From Selaginella moellendorffii (Eukaryota; Plantae; Lycopodiophyta), in NCBI RefSeq assembly GCF_000143415.4, contig NW_003314272.1, positions 964,184-1,028,183 of the forward strand: a stretch of DNA of 64,000 nucleotides. Direction: 5' to 3'. Of this stretch, positions 26,502-38,885 are shown piece after piece. The position numbers and the translations under genes are program-made. The first letter of the stretch is position 1; every line of letters starts with the position of its first letter. Below the pieces are notes generated by a model. It saw only the letters and a list, made by a program, of their open reading frames with translations. It did no database searches and was not told the origin of the DNA.

Positions 26502-28950
26502 CTACATTCGAAAGTCTAGAACGCAAACAGTGTTGTTTGAGAAGCAAGCAGCGACTCTGTCACCTTCTTTGTTCCAACAGACCTCAAATATGCCGCCGCT
26601 GCCTTTGTAAGTCTTGAGCAAGCTCCCGTCCTTGACGGACCATATGTGCAAGCATTTGTCAAAGGAGCCACTGGCAAGGAACTCCCCGTTTGGGCTAAAG
26701 GCCACGGAGTACACGGGCTCACTGCACAGACAGCCACAGCCGTTACTTAAAACACGCGAGCGCTGCAAGCGCTTACCTGTGTTGCGTCAAGCTGTAGAGT
26801 TGAATCCCTTGTTCAACGTCCCAGAGCCTGATAGTTGCATCGAACGAAGCGCTGGCACAAAAACAAACAAATGAAACGGGAAAAGGAAACTATAACTATT
26901 TTACCTCGCTAGCACCAACTGTTGGTTCGGATTACTCGTCCCCGGACCGCTCGGACTCCACTTGATGGTGTATATTTCCTATAACGCTCAAGTCAGGCCG
27001 GAGTGTGTCAGAGATGGAAGCTTGCCTTCTTATGCTCCTTCAAGTCATGCACGCATTTTTCATGTTTCATGCTCCAAATCTAGATAAAGAAGAAAGTATG
27101 TCATCCAAGTCACACTGATATAACATGGTATTCTCACCTTAGCTGTGTAATCATCCGAGCAAGAAGCAAGGAGGTTCCCGGTTGGATCCCATTTGATAGC
27201 ATTCACCTCGTCCTGATCACACGCCAGAAGTCATTTAACCATTACTGCTGAAGTTACAAACCTCGTGCCCCGCAAACTTCTTCACCGGTTTGGTTTCCCC
27301 TAGCTTGCAAACATAAATCATGTTGTCCGTGGAGCACGTCGCGAACGACATATTGTTCCGCCAATCGACGTCGAGTGTGGGGGCTAAAGCAAGCATGTGG
27401 TTTCACGACTAGTGGAAAAGGAAAAAATTGTGGTTTCGAACCTTCATGGTACTCAAACTGCTGTTTGACTTCACCAGTTTTAGCATCCCAAACGATTGCC
27501 GTTTTGTCTACACTGCCACTGAGAAGCAAATCGGCCTTTTTGTTCCATTTTAAAGAAAATATCGGTCCTTTGTGTTTGTTTAGCGTGTTTTTCAATTCCC
27601 CTGTAAGTGAAGAAAAGTAAATAGTCAATACATGCTTCAAACCCAAAATAACGTACCATCTTTGCTCCAGATCCTAGCTTGACCGTCGTATGATCCGGTT
27701 GCCAGCAACGTTCCTTCCGCCTTCACAGACAGGATGAGTCTTTTGGAGTCAGATGAAACGAAGCAGCTTACATTCCAGTCAAGAGTAGTCACGTCCTTGC
27801 TCTTTTCATTTGTTTTGCCCCTGAAATGTTTCAAAACAAGTGGCCGAGGTGCCGAGCTCTGAGCATTAACTCCGGAAGGACCATCAGCAATTGTCCATAT
27901 CCGCGCTGTTGAATCTCCAGAACTGAAGATGTGACAACTAACTTAGTAAAAGACAGGTGAATCCGCCAGCCTTACCCAGATGCTAGGAGAGAACCTGTTG
28001 GGTTCCAAGCACAGATGAAAACCTGGAGCGCTGAAAAAGTTTAAAAACAGCGCAAGACTGTAAAAATAAAAAGGAGCAAACCTCCGATCCGTGCCCCTCA
28101 AGAATTGTCACTTGAGAAGCTGGAATCTCATTTACTGGATTGGTGGCGGCGACAGTAACATCCATGTCACCTGAAACACCTTGGCTTAGATACTGGGGGA
28201 AAATGTTCTCATAGAAAAGGATGACCTTTATAAGGAAACAAAAACGAAACCAACCATAGAAAGACCATACGAGAGAAAGGTTTACCTGAACTGCGAGGCT
28301 CTTCGATCTTCACTTTGACGTCGCCACGCTCCTTGTCCCTCTCCCTTTCCTTGTCCCTCTCTTTTTGCTCGCGGTCCCTCTCTCTCTCGGCGCGCTCTCG
28401 CTCCCTCTCTTGCTTCTCCCTCTCGCGCTCCCGCTCCTTCTCCCTCTCTTTCTCCCTCTCCTTCTCCCTCTCCTTCTCTATCTTTTCTCTCCGCTCCCTG
28501 ATGAGCTGCCGCAGCTCCGCCACATCCTTGGTGAGCAGCTCCACCGGCTGGAGCAGGGAGAAATCGCCGTCCAGGTCTGTGTTATCCTGGCGTAGAGGAT
28601 CAACCGTCAATCAATGCTGTTGAACGAGAGGAACGTCACAAACTTTGACGAGCAAACGCAAACTCTCTGAAAGGATGATCACTCACATCATTGAGATTGG
28701 CCTCCAGCTCCAGGTACTGGATCCCCTTCTGGACGAACGAGACCAGAGCACCTGGTGGCACGAGATTCCCGTCAATGCTCATCTTATTCAAGCTGGCTTC
28801 ATACCCCAGCGTGAACGCCGTGTGCGTGAAACCTGCCAGGGTTCGGTCTCCTTGCGTGTGATCTAGCGCTGGCGGCGCCGGAGGCTTACCTGATTCGTGG
28901 AGATAGCGAAAGACGAGATAGTTGAGCTCCACCGAAGTGATGATCGCCAT
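26502..28950 (-). CDS. HOS15: LisH + WD40 corepressor, HOS15/TBL1-like, multi-exon
   Basis: [18 protein letters not shown] (LisH), [22 protein letters not shown]-rich coil, [54 protein letters not shown]. Confidence 0.93.
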
Positions 28951-29041
28951 AGCCCCGCCCTGCAAAGCGCCCAAAAATTAGGGCTCCAAACTTTAGGGTT
29001 CTTCGCGACGAAGAACCCTAAATCCTGCTCCAGCCAATTCG

Positions 29042-29608
29042 ATGCTCACGCTCAGGGAATTCCGGGCCAGCGACATCGACGACATGATGGAATGGGCGAT
29101 GGACGACGCGGTCACCGAGTTCCTCGTGTGGGAGACCTACACGTCCAGGGACGCGGCGGTGGAGTTCTTCCACGCATTCATCGTTCCGCACCCATGGTTC
29201 CGCGCGATCTGCTGGGCCGACGTCGCGATCGGCTCGCTCTCGCTCACGCCGGGCTCGGGGATCCACGCCTGCCGCGCCGAGCTGGGATACGTTCTCGCGC
29301 GCCGCTACTGGGGCCGCGGGATTATGACCGCGGCCGTGAGGGCGGCGGTGGAACAGGGATTCCGGGAGCTCCAATCCATCGCGCGCATCGAGGCGATCGT
29401 GTTCCGGGAGAATGCGGCATCGCAGCGGGTGCTGATCAAGGCTGGATTCGCGAGCACGGGGCTGCAGCGCAGCTACGTGATCGTCAAGAACAAGCTCAGG
29501 GATTGTTACGTGTTTGAGATGGTCAGGGAGGAATCCTCGTCGCTGGGATCGTCGCTGGGTCACGACATGGAAGAAGAAGGCGAAGCTATCGAGCTAGAGG
29601 ATCGATAG
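29042..29608 (+). CDS. GNAT N-acetyltransferase (RimJ/RimL-like, Acetyltransf_3), intronless
   Basis: LTLREF..SDIDDMMEWA.D, HPWFRAIC, RAELGYVLARRYWGRGIMT, RIEAIVFRENAASQRVLIKAGF. Confidence 0.9.
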   Translation: MLTLREFRASDIDDMMEWAMDDAVTEFLVWETYTSRDAAVEFFHAFIVPHPWFRAICWADVAIGSLSLTPGSGIHACRAELGYVLARRYWGRGIMTAAVRAAVEQGFRELQSIARIEAIVFRENAASQRVLIKAGFASTGLQRSYVIVKNKLRDCYVFEMVREESSSLGSSLGHDMEEEGEAIELEDR

Positions 29609-29968
29609 CATCTAGAATTTGGCTGGAGAGGTGGCGTGGTGGAGTGGTCCAAAAAGGCTTCCTGGGAAAGGGGGGAGAGAGGATTGACCCAAGAGCTTTA
29701 CTGTTTCCGCGTTACACCAGTCAGCGGCGGCACGGCCGGGAGGAGGATTTTTCCTGCGACTATTGGGGCCATATCAGATCTTCCAGAGCCACTGAGCTGG
29801 TGAGCGAGCGATCGAGCGAGCAGCGGCTAAGTCTTCCTAGAGGTATAGATCATTTTCCTCCACTAGTTTAGTTAGCAGCCATAGTGGTAGCTAGATTCGA
29901 ACGTCTTTCAACCAGATCGCTACTGGGGCTTCGAGGGTCGATCCAGATCGCTCTTGGGCAGCAGCAGG

Positions 29969-30970
29969 ATGTCGCTGGTACGCAGCAAAAAGCCTCCAAA
30001 TCTCCAGCTCCTGCGAGCTCCGTCCTCCTCAGCTCCAGGGGCACACCGGCTTCCACTCCCTCCAGCAGATGCGACCAGGGGATTGAAGCTCCCGGAGATT
30101 GCCAAGGACGAGGTGGGAGGCGGCCAGGTCTCGCTGGAGGATCTCGAGAAGAGGGAGATTCTCGGACAGGGAAGCGGTGGCAAAGTCTACAAGGTGGTGC
30201 ACGTACGCACCGGCGTCGTCTACGCGCTCAAGACGATCCATCCCAAGACGGACGCGGCCATCACCAAGCAGATCAAGCGCGAGAAGGAGATAAGCATGCG
30301 TTCCAAGGCGCCGTATGTGGTGCAGTGCTACGGCGTTTTCGACAAGGGCGGGGAGATCTCGCTGGTGCTCGAGTACATGGACGGCGGGACGCTCGCTCAC
30401 GTCCTCAAGCGCCACCCCAGGATCGAGGAGCCGTACCTCGCCACCATCACGCAGTACGTGCTCAAGGGGCTGCTCTACTTGCACTCGAACAAGATCGTCC
30501 ACCGGGACATCAAGCCTTCCAACTTGCTGCTCAACAGCAAAGGCGAGGTGAAGATCGCCGACTTTGGCGTGAGCACGGAGCTGGCCAGCACTTTCGCCGA
30601 GTGTAACACCTTCGTGGGGACGTGCGCGTACATGAGCCCCGAGAGATTCAAGCTCCACGAAGCTCGCGGGGGATTCAACTACTCGGCGGACATCTGGAGC
30701 CTGGGACTGGTGCTGCTCCAGTGCGCGCTCGGCTACTTTCCATACCTCTCTCACGGCCAGGAGGCGGACTGGATGACGCTTATGTGCAACATCTGCGAGT
30801 GGGAGGTGCCAAGTCCCCCCGAAGGAACTTCGCTCGAGTTCCAGGACCTGGTGAAAGCTTGCCTCCAGAAGGAGCCGGCGTGTCGACCGAATGCGTTCCA
30901 GCTCCTCCAGCACCCGTTTCTAAAGAAGTACGAGGCTTCGCCTTACAGCCTCCAGCGATATCTCAGGTGA
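29969..30970 (+). CDS. Mitogen-activated protein kinase kinase (group C/D-like, intronless)
   Basis: N-terminal docking site RSKKPPNLQL, GQGSGG, YALK, HRDIKPSN, DFGVS, activation loop T-FAECN-T, VGTCAYMSPER. Confidence 0.92.
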   Translation: MSLVRSKKPPNLQLLRAPSSSAPGAHRLPLPPADATRGLKLPEIAKDEVGGGQVSLEDLEKREILGQGSGGKVYKVVHVRTGVVYALKTIHPKTDAAITKQIKREKEISMRSKAPYVVQCYGVFDKGGEISLVLEYMDGGTLAHVLKRHPRIEEPYLATITQYVLKGLLYLHSNKIVHRDIKPSNLLLNSKGEVKIADFGVSTELASTFAECNTFVGTCAYMSPERFKLHEARGGFNYSADIWSLGLVLLQCALGYFPYLSHGQEADWMTLMCNICEWEVPSPPEGTSLEFQDLVKACLQKEPACRPNAFQLLQHPFLKKYEASPYSLQRYLR

Positions 30971-31339
30971 TCTGTTTCGGCGATTCTCGGTAAGAAAGAC
31001 AAACCTTGTGATTGGTTTTTGTGAGAGTCGCACTCACAAACAGTGGTGATTAAGATTTGCTACTTTGTAGAGCAGGCTCATTCATGGTGACAGCTCCCCG
31101 CTTCGCGTCTTCCCTGACTGGGTCCGAAAGGAAAGAGCCAAATGAATGACTTTCATCGTAAACGTCATACTCTCAACAGCTCGTTGTCTCGTTGAGAAAT
31201 TGCAGTCTCCGTGCCGAGCACGGATAGTTTCTGCTTCACTCGAAATCCAGCATCTTCACGTCCAGAGTTTCTCTTTTTCGGTTCCAGGAGAGACCACCCG
31301 TCTTACAGGATGGTAAAACCGCGTCACGTTCCGATCATG

Positions 31340-32130
31340 TTACAAACTGGTGTTTCTTTGCGAACGAGCTCTGCTAATAGAATCCCAGTGTAAGCAAGGG
31401 CGATGTAAATTTTGCGTGGCTTCACCATAATGAAATTTATGAGATGCAATGGTCTTAGCATATGTACAACTAGTCCCAAACATGAACTTGGGATAGTGCA
31501 AAGCCTGTGGCACTCGCGAGTTTATCCACCATAAGCCGTCTAGACGTTCCGCAATCCAAGTATGTGTAATGCACATACCAGCAAGTGAGCTGCCTTCCCC
31601 TGCTTTCTCTGGCAATCACATCCTTCAGGTAACTAGCTTCAGTAGCCAGAGCCTTGCCAAACTGTAGGTGGACATAACATCATTGGCTTTTACAATGTGT
31701 ATCTTGATAGACTTTTCGTCTCCAGCTCCCTGTGCTTGGAATCCCTTCAAATCAAAACTCTTGAAAAGGATCAAGCATCGGTTCCCCTTCTGCCTGGCTT
31801 CTACCAACACTGAGTAGTTGTTACAAGTGTTCTCCAGAACGAACTTCGTGCTGAGCAGCAGAACTTCCAACAGCTATACATACTCAGGAACTTCAACGTG
31901 ATGCTGGAGACGACTGACATTGATGTAGCTGAAAGCCAACTGCAGCGCCTCAATGAATGACTTGACAGCCGGAAGCGCAACACGAGGAGCCATGCGTGAT
32001 TCCTTCAACACCACTTGTAGCAGGAGGCCGGAGCTGATGGTCACAGACAGACATGACACACCGGCGGATGATGTCTCTACATAGAAATCCGTGGATGAGT
32101 CGACCGCTGCGAAGTTGCGCGGGCGCACGA
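31340..32130 (-). pseudogene. Possible disrupted gene fragment of unknown family
   Basis: In-frame ORF pieces 31874-32128 and 31625-31870 separated by a single stop, with protein-like composition. No family recognised. Confidence 0.25.
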
Positions 32131-32169
32131 TGCGAATACCTCTTTCATTGCTCCCTCTTCATTGCGAGT

Positions 32170-33380
32170 TACATTTGTCAGTGCAAAGTTGACGAGGTTT
32201 TTCTTTTTTTATTTTCTATCCTCGATTTTATGAGACCATTTCCCACTTGGGTTGCCATTCGCTGAAGCTGCGAGGTATGAAAGCTGGCAAACGCGATCCA
32301 CACCGTGTTGGATTTCTGCTATTTGGAATTCTTCCATTTTTATTTTTTTTTTCCCACAGCAGCAGTTTTGCTGGAGCTAAAACTCGATGTTTGGTTGGGA
32401 TAGATCGAACTCTTGGAATAATGAATCAAAGGAAAGAGCTGTTCGAACAACCAGATCCTAAGCTTGAATTTGTATTTTGTGGAGTGTGGAAGAATGAAGA
32501 ACAGTGGTTTTCGTTCAGCTAACCTGGTCTCCTTCCTTCAAAGTGGGCGGACTAGCAGAAATCTCTTATAAAAATCTCAAGAACAAATCGCTCGATGATC
32601 AATCAATCGTATTCTGTGCTTGCCAGCGAGATCTTCTCCGGTCAATGTGGGCAGATAAAAACACGGAAAGTAGGATAGTCTTTTGTACGTTTCACTTCGC
32701 ACCACGTTAAAAACGAAAAGCTTGGAGCTTTTGATGTGTTTCCCTGTTGTTTGTTGTTTAACCAACCTATCATTGCCAGTGACAACGCCGTCGCGTGTTT
32801 GTCAGAGCGTGCGCTGGTTGATCACAAGCCCGACTCAAAACATGGCACGGAGTTTCAATTCAACAATTCCCGCTGACCTCCCAACCAACACTTTCGATGG
32901 ATTCCATCGAGATCGATCGGAGGGCAACTTAGAAGAATCTTATAGGAGTCGGAAGAGACGCCAATTTACAACACCAGAGAATGCTTTGGTCATTCGAACT
33001 CTCTTCATGATAAAATCTTTCCAATTCTCTTCTTCGTGACTGACTGAAGCAATCAAAAAAAATTAGGAAAGAAGAACAAGAGGAAGAATCGTATGATATT
33101 CGTCCATTATAATGCGTGCTATGGCTGGCTCTCAAATGTTGAATGTTTGGTTTGTTCCCCTTCGCATCGCTATTCGTACAGTCACTTTCGATCAGACATT
33201 TTCTCTGTGCGCTGCTGTAGCTGATTGAAAAATTAAATCTTCCACCATGTAGCTCGCGGCAGAGTTTGAGAGGGATGTGGAACACTGTCATCCACAGACC
33301 TGTGATGCCAAAGAGAAGCGTTGCAAACGTTTGATCCACATAGGCGAACCTGAGAGGGATTTTCTCGACTTTGGAGAGCT
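32170..33380. repeat. Third (gene-less) copy of the extensin upstream region
   Basis: Shares blocks with 34750-36080 and 39150-40430, e.g. CAGAGCGTGCGCTGGTTGAT at ~32803, ~35421 and ~40084; TAGGCGAACCTGAGAGG at ~33341 and ~36041. Confidence 0.85.
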
Positions 33381-33873
33381 CTTGGACAACTTATGATATT
33401 GAACTATATAAAGAAAGGAACATAAGGATGTTGTTTTTCACTTGCAGGAAAATCTTCACAGCGAGCATGGATTAAAAGTTTTAAAATTTTTAAACAAAAA
33501 TCCAGCTAGCTGTATGGAAGAACTTGTCAGTTTTGCTTTCTAGACAAGTGGAATGGAAATTCACAAGTTTGAGTTGCAGTTGGACTCTTGCATGTTTTTC
33601 CACACCGTGTTGGGGACTTTTGTATCCTTGTGTGGATCACTGTTGGCAAATCGATTAAGTTTGTCATGTTTCCCTTCCCTTTGTGATGCTCAGAAGATTG
33701 CCTTTTATTTATTTCATATGATCAAAATAATGATTCACACAACATTTGCCAGTGCCCATCCCGCTCAAACAAGATCGTCCAACATTGCTCGAGCAAGAGA
33801 AAAACAGCAACTGCATGCGCTCGCTCAAATATTTCTCTCTTTCCCAGAATGAACATTCTGTGTTCCAATACGC

Positions 33874-34566
33874 TTAGTAGTGGTATGGAGGTGGTGGAGA
33901 TTTGTACTTGTACACCGGAGGAGGTGGAGAATACACTGGCGGTGGTGGGGATTTGTACTTGTACACTGGAGGTGGTGGGGAGTAAACCGGAGGTGGCGGA
34001 GACTTGTATTTGTACACTGGTGGAGGCGGGCTGTGAACCGGGGGTGGTGGAGATTTGTACTTGTAAACCGGTGGTGGTGGGCTGTGAACCGGGGGTGGCG
34101 GAGACTTGTATTTGTAAACTGGTGGTGGTGGGCTGTAAACCGGGGGTGGTGGAGATTTGTACTTGTAAACCGGTGGTGGTGGGCTGTGAACTGGGGGTGG
34201 CGGAGACTTGTATTTGTAAACTGGCGGTGGTGGGCTGTAAACCGGTGGAGGTGGAGATTTGTACTTGTACACTGGAGGAGGGGGCGAGTGCACTGGTGGT
34301 GGCGGGGATTTGTATTTGTAGACGGGCGGAGGTGGCGAGTACACCGGCGGTGGCGGGGACTTGTATTTGTACACCGGCGGCGGCGGCGAGTAGACGGGCG
34401 GGGGCGGGGACTTGTATTTGTACACCGGTGGAGGCGGCGATTTGTAGTAGTATGTCGGCGGTGGCGGGGAAGCGTACTTGTAAACCGGTGGCTCATCGGC
34501 GCCCGCGAGAGCGGCCAGTGTCACACCCACAAAGAAGACGACGAGCGTTGGGCTCGGCCCCATCAT
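33874..34566 (-). CDS. Classical extensin (HRGP), copy 1, 230 aa
   Basis: Signal peptide MMGPSPTLVVFFVGVTLAALAGA; 10 x 17-aa SPPPPV(Y/H)SPPPPVYKYK units; ends SPPPPYHY; TATAAA upstream near 34715 on the minus strand. Confidence 0.95.
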   Translation of the reverse strand: MMGPSPTLVVFFVGVTLAALAGADEPPVYKYASPPPPTYYYKSPPPPVYKYKSPPPPVYSPPPPVYKYKSPPPPVYSPPPPVYKYKSPPPPVHSPPPPVYKYKSPPPPVYSPPPPVYKYKSPPPPVHSPPPPVYKYKSPPPPVYSPPPPVYKYKSPPPPVHSPPPPVYKYKSPPPPVHSPPPPVYKYKSPPPPVYSPPPPVYKYKSPPPPVYSPPPPVYKYKSPPPPYHY

Positions 34567-35879
34567 TGTTTGGATCAATCGACCACCTGCGACTCAATCG
34601 CGCAAAGCAATGCGCGATTCCTAGGAGCGCGATGCCCTCAAATCTCTAGAGAGGGAGAGAGAAGAGAATAAGAGAGGGAGATAGTGAGAATGGGGCTCTG
34701 GAGAAGGGCTCTTTATACTGCCTGCTTTCGCTCGATAAAAAACCATTTCTTAACGCGACTAGGTCCGAGCTGTTTTTTCTACCTCGATTCACTCTCTGTG
34801 AAGAACTGGGCAAAAAGAAAAAATCCAACACGGTGTGGGGTCGTGTTGCCAGCTTTCACACCTCGAAGCTTCAACGAGAATGGCAACCCAAGTGGGAAAT
34901 GGTCTCATCTCCATATCTGTAGACTTTGGAATTCTTCCACTTTCTTTTTTGGAGCAGCTTTGCTGGATCTCGAACTCGTTGTTTGGTGGTCAGTCCGAGT
35001 CGCTTAGCTCGTCGATAGAGTTTAATGACTCGAGCTCTGAAAGGAAAGAGCAGTTCGAACAACCAGATCCTCCTGAAATGCACGAGCTTGACTTTGGAGT
35101 TTTGGTTTCATTCTGGACTTGAAACAGTGGTTTTCATTCAGCTAACCTGGTCTCTTTCCTTCAAAGTGAAAGGGAGTGATTCCCCCGGACAAGAATAAAT
35201 CGATCGATGATCAAAACCGTATTGTTTACTCCAGCGAGATGTTCTCGAGCCAATGTGGGCGGTAAAAGCACGATAAGTACGATAGTCTTTTGTACGTTTT
35301 CACTGCGGTATCACTGACTTTGTTACACCACGCTGATTGATCGAGTCTTCTCACATAGAATTTCTGTTTTTTAGCCAACCTACCCTTACTGACAACGTCG
35401 TCGCGTGTTTCGTGGCATGTCAGAGCGTGCGCTGGTTGATCGCAAGCCCGGCTTTGATCAAAAACATGGCACGGAGGTTCAATTCAACAATTCCCGCTGG
35501 CGAATCCAGACCTCCCAACCAATACTCTCTTGATGGATCTCGAAATTGATCGAGAGGAGAGAGCCCAAATGCTAGACGACAACTTGGAAGAATCATATAG
35601 GAGTCGAAGCGACTCCAATTTACAACACCGGGGTCATTCGTATTCTTTTCGTGCCCAAAGTTTTTCCAATGCTCTTCGTCACAAAAATCTTTTACTGAAG
35701 CTATCGAAAATTTTAGAAAAGAAGAAGAGTTGTCCATTGTGCTATGGCTGGCTCTCGAATGTTGAATGTTTGGTTTGTATCGATATTCATACAGTCCCTT
35801 TCAATCAGACGAATGAGAAGTTTCTTCTCTGCACTACTGTAGCTGATTGAAATTCTGGCAGGATCACGTAGCAGCCTTT

Positions 35880-37480
35880 GAATCCAGTGCCGGTCATCTT
35901 CACCATGTGGCTCGTGGCAGTGGAGTCCAGCTTGAGAGGAATCTGGAAGAACACGACCGGTAATGTCATCCCCAGACCTGTGTACTGGATCCACAGCGTC
36001 TAAGAGAAGTGTTGCAAACGTTTGATCCCAAAAGCACATATAGGCGAACCTGAGAGGAATTTTCTCGACTTTGGAGAGCTGCGCGGGCAAACTCGTGTTC
36101 TTGGAGCTCAGCACGGCGACGTTGCGGCCTTTCTTGCGGCAGAGGATGCCGAGGAACGAATCGGACGTATGTGGGTGGAGTTCACAAAGTCTGCGAGATA
36201 GACAATGGAGTTTCCATCTTTGCCAAGCAATGCACAGCCATAGGCAGCAGCAGTAACACCAATGACATTTTCAAGTCTGAAAAGAAAAGATTAGCTCCTA
36301 GCTGTGATAACTCTCAAGAACAGAAGAACTACCACGTTTAATTGAAGAGGCAATCGTCTTGCTTCGTGATAGCCATGGAGCAAGAGCTACGTAGAGAGCC
36401 TGTACATGAGCTTCTGTCTGCGAGACACACAAAGTGATTCTAAGCATGGACATAAGAAGCAAGCAGTGAGTTCTAGATACGAGAAAATGTGGTTACCTGG
36501 AAGAAATTGGAGGAACAATTGGCGGTCTAAATGGCAGTACATGGAAACCAGCCTTGAGAACGTCCCTACGTAACGAAAAAAGAGTTGTAAACATGCATAT
36601 GACCACCAGAGCGATTATGCCGTCAAATTAGCAATCTGTTTTACTCTGCTCCACAGTTGCCTAACAACCACGAGAGCAGCAGCCATACAGCAAAAATCCA
36701 TAAGCAAGATCACGAGAAAAAAGATACGTTCTAAGCTTGGTGCCTTCACCATTGATTCCTAAAGAAGCAAAATGATCAGGAGCTTATAATTGACAGACTA
36801 TTTAGAACAAGGAAGAACATGATGGAAGCATGATTTAGCTCATCGGAAAAGATATCTGCGAGACGTCTGGAATGGTCATGGAGATTATGCATCCGTTTCA
36901 CGCATATTAGCTGCAAATCCTATAGGACACAGCAAGCATTCCTACAGAAGAAAAAAAGTAAAGCATTGTAGCACAGTGGAAAAGAAACCTCAAGTGTTCT
37001 TAAGCGCTGCTAGAACAAGATTCAAGTCTTCTGTGATGAATTGTGTAGCCACAAATGAGAGCCACTTAGTCCCATTCCAAATTCGATAGCAGCCTGGAAA
37101 GGAGTCTGCGGCGGAGCGAACAGCCGGATGCATAGAGAGTTCATGATGATCGTTTCCAGAAAATTGGATGAGCAATCGCATTCTTTCTTTCTCTCTAGTC
37201 GATTCTCCGCCTGCTTCCAGGTCTCCGGTGCGATCATGGAAGAAAGACACTCGCATAATTTCTTGATGGATCACGTATTTCTTTCTCCCTTGCATTCTAA
37301 TCGATGGTGTGAAAGAGCTTCTGGCCCATGTGAGCGAGTGCGCGTCCAAGATCGAGACTGCGAAGCTGTGCGCGATTATTGCTGGCCAAGCTGTCGAGCG
37401 CTAAACATACATAAGTTTTTCTTCCGAGGACTCCCAGAAATAACGCGCCCGTCAACGCGCGATTCTGCTTCGCGGCCGCA
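35880..37480 (-). pseudogene. Possible degenerate multi-exon gene remnant, unknown family
   Basis: Short protein-like ORF pieces (e.g. 36990-37349, 35713-36114) with intron-like segments and internal stops. Its left end is duplicated at ~33230-33380. Confidence 0.25.
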
Positions 37481-38042
37481 CAATCCAAATCAGTGGTGAT
37501 AGGAAATTCCGAGCGCTAATTGGATGTCAAGTGCCATCATAGCAAGGAGCATAAGTAAAATTCTAAATTTATTTATGAAAATTAATATATTTTGTCTAGC
37601 ATCAGCTAAGGGTGAAAGCTACTCTGTGGTTGTCAATCTTCCCGTATGATAGATGTCTTGCAGGGGCCTCAATCTTCGTGACGACCACGGCAGGAATGGA
37701 TCTTTCTTCTGCAGCTGCTCCTCCACTCAAATTTCTCAAGTTTCAGACAAAAACATCCAGAGCTAGCTGTGTGGTGTTGTCATCTTTGCTTTCGGACTCT
37801 GCAAAAGACTGGCGTAATGCCAGAATCATATCCTCGTGTGGATCACTTCCAAGGCTGTTGGTAAATCGATTTCATCTTACCCTTTGAGACACTCAGAAAA
37901 TTGCTTTTTATTTATTCCATATGATCAAAATAACCCGCTCAGACAAGATCATCGAACATTGGCCGAGCAAGAAAAGCAGCAATTGCATGCGCTCGCTCAA
38001 ATATTTCCAGATTGCAACGGAAAGATCATTGTTCTTATGCGC

Positions 38043-38885
38043 TTAGTAGTGGTATGGAGGTGGCGGGGATTTGTACTTGTACACCGGAGGCGGTGGAGAA
38101 TACACTGGCGGAGGTGGGGATTTGTACTTGTACACTGGAGGTGGTGGGGAGTAAACCGGAGGTGGTGGAGACTTGTATTTGTAAACCGGTGGTGGTGGGC
38201 TGTAAACCGGAGGTGGGGGAGATTTGTACTTGTAAACCGGTGGTGGTGGGCTGTAAACCGGAGGTGGGGGAGATTTGTACTTGTAAACCGGTGGTGGTGG
38301 GCTGTAAACCGGAGGTGGTGGAGATTTGTACTTGTACACTGGAGGTGGTGGGGAGTAAACCGGAGGTGGCGGAGACTTGTATTTGTAAACTGGTGGAGGT
38401 GGGCTGTAAACCGGAGGTGGTGGGGATTTGTACTTGTACACTGGTGGTGGTGGGCTGTAGACCGGTGGTGGTGGAGACTTGTATTTGTACACTGGTGGTG
38501 GTGGGCTGTAGACCGGTGGTGGTGGAGACTTGTATTTGTAAACCGGTGGTGGTGGGCTGTAAACCGGTGGAGGTGGAGATTTGTACTTGTACACTGGAGG
38601 AGGAGGCGAGTACACGGGCGGTGGTGGGGATTTGTATTTGTAGACGGGCGGAGGTGGCGAGTACACCGGCGGTGGCGGGGATTTGTATTTGTACACCGGC
38701 GGCGGCGGCGAGTAGACGGGCGGGGGCGGGGACTTGTATTTGTACACCGGTGGAGGCGGGGATTTGTAGTAGTATGTCGGCGGTGGCGGGGAAGCGTACT
38801 TGTAAACCGGCGGCTCATTGGCGCCCGCGAGAGCGGCCAGTGTCACACCCACAAAGAAGACGAGCATTGGGCTCGGCCCCATCAT
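38043..38885 (-). CDS. Classical extensin (HRGP), copy 2, 280 aa
   Basis: Signal peptide MMGPSPMLVFFVGVTLAALAGA; 13 x 17-aa SPPPPVYSPPPPVYKYK units; ends SPPPPYHY; flanks homologous to copy 1. Confidence 0.95.
   Translation of the reverse strand: MMGPSPMLVFFVGVTLAALAGANEPPVYKYASPPPPTYYYKSPPPPVYKYKSPPPPVYSPPPPVYKYKSPPPPVYSPPPPVYKYKSPPPPVYSPPPPVYKYKSPPPPVYSPPPPVYKYKSPPPPVYSPPPPVYKYKSPPPPVYSPPPPVYKYKSPPPPVYSPPPPVYKYKSPPPPVYSPPPPVYKYKSPPPPVYSPPPPVYKYKSPPPPVYSPPPPVYKYKSPPPPVYSPPPPVYKYKSPPPPVYSPPPPVYKYKSPPPPVYSPPPPVYKYKSPPPPYHY

Noticed and set aside
24886-29608. P450 + GNAT as a biosynthetic gene cluster, or as tailoring enzymes for the 7.4-kb peptide
   Set aside because: No scaffold-forming enzyme, BURP domain or AEP in the window; separated by housekeeping genes.
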